Assembly: GCA_951406725.2 (NCBI GenBank)
Contig: OX597828.1
Location: 10,230,001-10,294,000 of the forward strand
DNA: 64,000 nt
From: Octopus vulgaris
Taxonomy: Eukaryota
Reading direction: 5' to 3'
A program made the translations under genes and the position numbers. Under the pieces are notes generated by a model. The model was given only the letters and a program-made list of their open reading frames with translations. It was not told the origin of the DNA and did not search any database. Shown here one piece after another: positions 57,823 to 64,000 of this stretch (position 1 is the first letter of the stretch; each line of letters begins with the position of its first letter).

Positions 57823-58870
57823 ATTAAGATTCAATGACCAAACCATTGAATGGAAATAATATGACTTTCAAATTATCGAAATTATAAACTAAAATGTTTT
57901 ACATTACAAAAATTGAAAGTATCTTCCTACTAAATGAAATATAGGAGCCCTTCATAACAATCGACCATTCATCTACGTTTCAATGCAGAGTTGTTGACAA
58001 GATATTTTGGAGAAATAAAAGCCCATAAACAAACAAACCCCTTCACCACGCCAGCGATGAATTATTAAAGATTTTTGACTTGGGCCGATATAATTGGGTT
58101 CCAATTATTTTTGCAGGTCGTGTTGTCAGATCATGAGGTATCATAAATGTTACGGCAAAAATATTTTGTTGACACTAGTAATTTTGTGAATGAAGCCCCC
58201 TGATTTGGTACATTTTTATCAATTCCAAATCTATGAATCCAAAATTGACCTCGGTACAATTTGAACAGAGAGCACATAGTGTTGTGACAGACACCCACGG
58301 CTATTGTATCCAAATACTCTACTGGCTCTTCCGATTCGAAGCCTTAAAAATGAAGGATGAAACTGGGAGGAACGAAAGTATTGAATAATTATTAAAAAGA
58401 ATATACTGGGCAACAGCGAGTACTGATAGACAGGATAACGTACGACCTCGTGTAATGAAGTATATTCAATCAATGAATTGTTGTAAGTAAAGTATTTACA
58501 CAACGTGCACAAATACTCTCGTATTTAATCATTGCACCATTTCTGCTTCTGGCTCAGTAATATATTATCATATTTTCCTGAGGAAAAATAATTATTTTCT
58601 GAGAGCCTTGGCAGCGACACTTTTTGACTCTACATGAATCCTAACATAACAACACATTTCGAGGGAGACAAAATAAAAATAACGCAATAGTAAATGTAGT
58701 AGTACATCAATGATTTAATAAAAAACGAATCCAAATTATTTGATATAATAAGCAAAGAAATTTTATTTATTCAAACTTAAATCTCAAATGCTGAGAACAA
58801 TCACTTGCTAAATAATTATTTTTGCTACTATAAGATTGGACAGATTTGAGAGAGGAAAATAGAGAATAAA

Positions 58871-58930
<60 letters not shown>

Positions 58931-59501
58931 CTAGAGAGAGAGAGAGAGAGAGATAAGAGAGATAGAGAGAGAGCCAGGCAGAGAGACATATATATATATA
59001 TATATATATAGATAGATAGATTGATAGACAGAGACAGAGACAAAGAGAGAGAGGCGTCTCTCCTATTCAATTTAAATATAATTCTGTATGAAATGTGTGA
59101 TGTTAAGAAGTACAGTGACAGCTACAGGCATAGTTCGGTCTTATCAGACATCTTCAGTGAAGAATTGCTTAATCATAACTATAAACCTCTGTTCGCTAAA
59201 GAAGAGAAGATGGAAATTACGAATCAAGAAAATTGAAAGAATGACAACGTAAAAAATTACCAGGAGCGCCTATTTCATGGGCACTTAAAACTAAACTACA
59301 CGCTCGCTTACCGAATGAGTAAACGAAAATTTTCGTATTACATCATTAATGATAAGAACTATAATTTTTTAAACCGTAGTTGTAGCCTGCGCCGAAATTC
59401 AATGTTATTAAATTCATTTATATATGGCGTCTGAATCTTAGTAGTTCAGTGACAACTACAAACCGTTTTAGCCATAATTCATCATAAACTATGCTTAGTT
59501 T

Positions 59502-59958
59502 GGATCTTTTCGGTTTGAACAGCAGTTTTTAACATAATTTCTAGGTAACTAAAATATTTTAAACTTCGTATACTGGTAGAATGTGTTTATAAAATATCTT
59601 TTCCTCTTGGCTTTATTGAGAAAATTCTATAGTTTGTAAGATATTTGTTGTTTTTTTTCTTCAATTTCTACAATATCAACCAATCAGTAACGTCTATTGA
59701 GTTAAAAAGCATTCTGCGCCCTATGTTTACGTTGTCCCTCCGTATGTCCCTCGTTTAAGAAACAGATTGGGTTTATTTACATTTGTGAAGAAAAAAAGAT
59801 ACCCTTCCCCCACCCCTAACCCTAACCCTAACTAACCCCAACTAATCCTAACCCTAAAACAGATTGAAATGCAATAGATCGATACTAGGGTCATAATTAT
59901 GGGTGATAATTTCATATGACACCGCTAGAAGAAACTGCCGTTCAAACCGAAAAGATAC
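59502..59958 (-). mobile_element. Telomere-repeat MITE, copy 3 (both TIRs)
   Basis: GGATCTTTTCGGTTTGAACAGCAGTTTT ... GAAACTGCCGTTCAAACCGAAAAGATAC, with internal (CCCTAA)n. Confidence 0.9.
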
Positions 59959-61433
59959 GCTATGTTACTCAATGATTTAGCATGTTTCAAATTTTATCTT
60001 ACATATCCAATCGTCAGTCGATCTGCAAAAACATTATTCCCAAACTTCCTCAAATTGAAACCGAAAGTCTCTGTACAGACAGAGAGAGAGGGGGAGACAG
60101 GTAGAGAGAGAGAGACAGAGAAAGAGACAGAGACAAAGAGAGAACATGTGGGATAATATAGACGAACATGTATGATAATACGACAGGATACTTTCTGGTG
60201 GGTCATAGAAGATGATAAATCAGCTTGATCAGAGATACTTTTTCAATATGTGCTGAGAATAAATGTTATGATATATACCTTCAATGAAATTCGCAAATGT
60301 GAATAGAAGCATCTACAGAGACAGCATTGCATCTTTTGACCTCTATTTCTACGATTATCACTACACAGCTACAAGAGATAAGAGAAGGCCAGAAGTAGAC
60401 ATATGTGAGAGATAGAATGACGCTTAAAGACACTTAAACAACTTTAACTTGTTTATGAAACAAAGAAAATAAGGTTTCAAGAAGAAATAGAGACGCTGTT
60501 TGAGTTGAAGTTCTACAGGTTAAATTATAAAAAAAAAAGAAAAAAAAGGAAGAAAGAAAATTATTGTGGAGATAGTAGTCAATTATCTTTGAACGTCGGC
60601 TTGAGATCAATTTTAGAACCGTGCTCTCTTTCACATTAACCTTTGATCCAGGAATCATTCGCAATTGATGACAGCTTATATCAACTTTAATAAGCCGACA
60701 TCAATCCTAACTACGTGCAAAGGATTAACAAGTCATTTTTCTTCTTTCATTTCTAACAGGATATATGCTTTCATCGTCTCTAATCTCAAGTGAACACTAC
60801 AAGCCACTATTTGGCGCATACATCTGAGAATTCTGAACAAACAAACTGTAATGAAGATAAAATTTTCTCTGGTGATCTAATTTATTTTAGCTTCCTTAAT
60901 TATCAAATATAACGAAGGGAAATTATCGAAACTGTTTTCTTTTTAATTCCCGGTGCTTTCTTTCCGCACTTTGCTTTACTTGTAATATTTTGTCTTTATC
61001 TCACCCTCTCTTTCAGCTTTCACAAAACCACTTTAAAATATTATTAAGCTGAAGTTTTCATCAATAATATTTGCTTTGTATCAGACTTTGTAAGCTGTGC
61101 GTTTAAAAGACAGAGAGTGTGAAATATGTAGTGCTCAAACTTTTCCAGAGTTTATTTGTAGTGCGAACTAAATGGCCTGAACCCGAACTCAGCTTCTTGA
61201 ACTGTTATTCTACTTTATAATCAGCTTAAAGATAAGGAGGAATACCGATGAGGCCACCACTACGAAATCACGAGTTCTGTTAGATAGATCAGCGACAACT
61301 CCCTCAAAATACATAGTACCATCTTAAATAGTGAAAGACTTATAATTTAGTATAAATATATATGCGCATAACTTGATTCCCACTGCTCTGACATACTTAA
61401 TTTTAAACATAATTAATGAAAGGTGAAGTGAAA

Positions 61434-61474
<41 letters not shown>

Positions 61475-61485
61475 CTCACTGTGTG

Positions 61486-61836
61486 TGAATGTGTTTATAA
61501 AACATCTTTTCCTCTTGGCTTTATTGAGAAATTCTATAGTTTGTAAGGTATTTGTTGTTTTTTTCTTCAATTTCTGCAATTTCAACCAATCACTGACGTC
61601 CATTGAGGTAAAAAAATATTCTGTGCCGTATGAATATGTCCCTCGTTTAAGAAACATATTGGGTTTATTTACATTTGTGAAGAAAATAAAAGATACCCTT
61701 CCCCCCACCCCAAACCCTAACTAACCCTAACCCTAAAAGAGATTGAAATGCAATAGATCGCTACTAGGGTCATAATTATGATTGACAATTTCATATGACA
61801 CCGCTAGAAAAACTGCCGTTCAAACCGAAAATATCC
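61486..61836 (-). mobile_element. Telomere-repeat MITE, copy 4 (one end truncated at (TC)n)
   Basis: Matches 59580-59958 and ends AAACTGCCGTTCAAACCGAAAATATCC. Confidence 0.88.
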
Positions 61837-62349
61837 TTTTCTCGCAGCTGTATATTTGAAATAAAGGATGAAATACTTATAATTATGAAGTTTAGAATGC
61901 AAGTGCTTGAATATAATATTTTCTAGTAGACGGAGGCAATGGGAGAAGGGCTGCACGCATTTCTTTTACTATATATAGTTCGCCCGATTTTCTATTTTCA
62001 TCATTTCTCACACGTAACTAAAGTAAAGAAATAGTCTAGAAGAATAGTTTCTCAGACAGGCAATTATATGATGCTATTTAAAATATGTAGCAGAATCAAT
62101 ATTTAAAGTTAATTCAAGCATAAAACAACAAAAGTAATGACAAGGAAGAAAATAATCTTATCCCAATTAAGACTGTTGTTTTAATTCTTGATACGATATG
62201 ATTGTTTTAAAATTTAGCAGACACAAATAAGGCATAATGTGATGTACTTTTTATGAAGATGTTTTATCGGTCAATTTAGTCGAACAGCTAATTTAAGAGA
62301 AGGTAAATAGTGTTGGGTTCAAACAGGAACATAAAGACACACACACAGT

Positions 62350-62382
<33 letters not shown>

Positions 62383-62384
62383 TT

Positions 62385-62512
62385 TTTTCCGGTTCCCATC
62401 TGCCAAATCCATTCACATGACTTTGGTGCAAGATTATAGTACGAGACAATTTCCCATATTTCTATGCACCTGGAACACTGCGACTGTAAAATGCATCCTT
62501 ACCACTCAACCG
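62385..62512 (-). mobile_element. Degenerate SINE head (family A)
   Basis: CCAAATCCATTCACATGACTTTGG...CTTACCAC. Confidence 0.5.
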
Positions 62513-62612
62513 TGTGAGTGGTGGTAGACATGGAAATATGTGTGTGTGCGTTTATGTGTGAGTGTGTGTATGTATGATATGCATACATACATCATGCACA
62601 TATGTATGTATG

Positions 62613-62707
<95 letters not shown>

Positions 62708-62779
62708 GGACTGACCCACCGTTAGACGAGGTATGAGCGATCGACAATTTTTTGCCGAACAACTACGCAGATGATTTTT

Positions 62780-63000
62780 TTATCTTTCATAATAAAACTG
62801 AAAACATCTGTCCTTGTGCGTATGTATATCAGTATGTCCTTATTATCCGCCAAAACGGCTCAACCGATTTTGCTTAAACTTCACACGCACATTCCTTATA
62901 TGTTGGTCTGGGGAGGTTTTAGGTATGAATTGATTTCGACAAAATGTTCGGGTAAACGGCGGGCGGAATATCATTTGGGCGTGGTTGAACGGTGTGCGTA
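62780..63000 (+). mobile_element. Possible Helitron-type non-autonomous element, 5' part
   Basis: TC..ATAATAAAA start, a TGTC/TATG-rich block, then CAAAACGGCTCAACCGATTTTGCTTAAACTT, a layout typical of Helitron-N 5' ends. No 3' hairpin/CTAG was identified. Confidence 0.4.
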
Positions 63001-63745
63001 ATTATTGTTAAACTTCCAAGAGAAATAACCTTTTCCCTCCTTCGTAAATTATTTGGTAAAAATGAAATTGAGTGTACATATTTCTTAGTATTTGAAATAT
63101 TATAGTTATTCTCTCAATTTATCCAGTACAAGGCTTAAACAAGTTAATATTATTCTTTTAAACAAGAGCTCAACTGATTTCGGTTAGTGACTTATTCACG
63201 AATATATCAACACTAGCGCTGCTGAGGGTAATATTCTCTGGGAACGCACAAAAGCTTTTTTCACAGTTAGTTACTATGAATTGTTATAATCATATCCTAT
63301 GTTCTATATACACTGGGAACATATCAAAGCCCTCTTCGGGGCTACTTATTTGAATTCTTTCTATAGGTAATTAATTTCATGTTATTACATAACTGACTTC
63401 ATAATTTGTGTATTCATAACTCATTGAGAATTCCTAAAACAAGATCCCTTTTAAGACAGTTCGGTATTCTCAATAACTACACAAAAACCGTTTTAAGGAC
63501 GACATACTTTGTATTATTGTTACTGGATTAGCGAAACAATTATGAGAATGGAACGAAGAGATAAACCCGCTTTCACGGCAATTACCGGGCATGCCACCTG
63601 GTATATATATATATATATATGTGTGTCTCTGTGTGTGAGTGTGTGTGTATGTATATATATATATATATATGCTTTCGGTGTAAATGGTTTTGTTATACGT
63701 TGACGCATTTTACATTCCTGTAACTAATAATTATGGTATTTTTCA

Positions 63746-63992
63746 ATAAGCTTCAAGTTTATGGCTAAGGAAAATAGTCTAATAAGGGGGCATATAAGCT
63801 CTCGATAGAAAAAAGAAAGCTTTCCCATCCGCGTATAAAAGTAAAACACTTAGCCATGTTAACAAAGGAAAGTGGGTTCACGTCCCACGCGGATAGGAAA
63901 ACCTTCTTTTTACTATCGAGGGCTTATATGCCCCATTATTTGACTAGTTTCTTTAGTCATTGCAAGGTGAACGGCATAAGCTTTAAGCTTAT
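63746..63992. repeat. Imperfect long inverted repeat (foldback/MITE-like)
   Basis: Arms 63761-63834 and 63887-63960 (~74 bp), extending outward to ATAAGCTTCAAG / CTTTAAGCTTAT. It may continue past the window end. Confidence 0.8.
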
Positions 63993-64000
63993 ATAAAAAA

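Noticed and set aside
58231-58512. RTE-like motif RIGRASRVFG
   Set aside because: A single short motif with no other RT motifs in register.

Overview
AT-rich, microsatellite-saturated eukaryotic non-coding DNA with no intact host gene. The tRNA-derived SINE families and dense (TA)n/(CA)n tracts suggest a coleoid cephalopod, probably Octopus (inference from recognition, not a search). Almost every ORF in the track is a translated microsatellite. The real content is mobile DNA: a young 5'-truncated CR1-type LINE with one frameshift (9.1-10.8 kb), a Tx1/L1-type 3' fragment, an RTE tail, Tc1, mariner (x2) and pogo/Tigger fossils, Helitron-like elements, four copies of a TIR MITE carrying (TTAGGG)n, and about 18 SINE copies or fragments. 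The most interesting signal is a set of hammerhead-ribozyme (HHR) motifs in Penelope-like/retrozyme-like repeats. One at 8328-8434 (- strand) has an intact catalytic core and an unusually long, G-U-rich stem II extension, and sits in a tandem-plus-inverted structure implying a ~490-nt repeat unit. A second HHR of the same architecture (583-698) and several degenerate minimal HHRs also occur.
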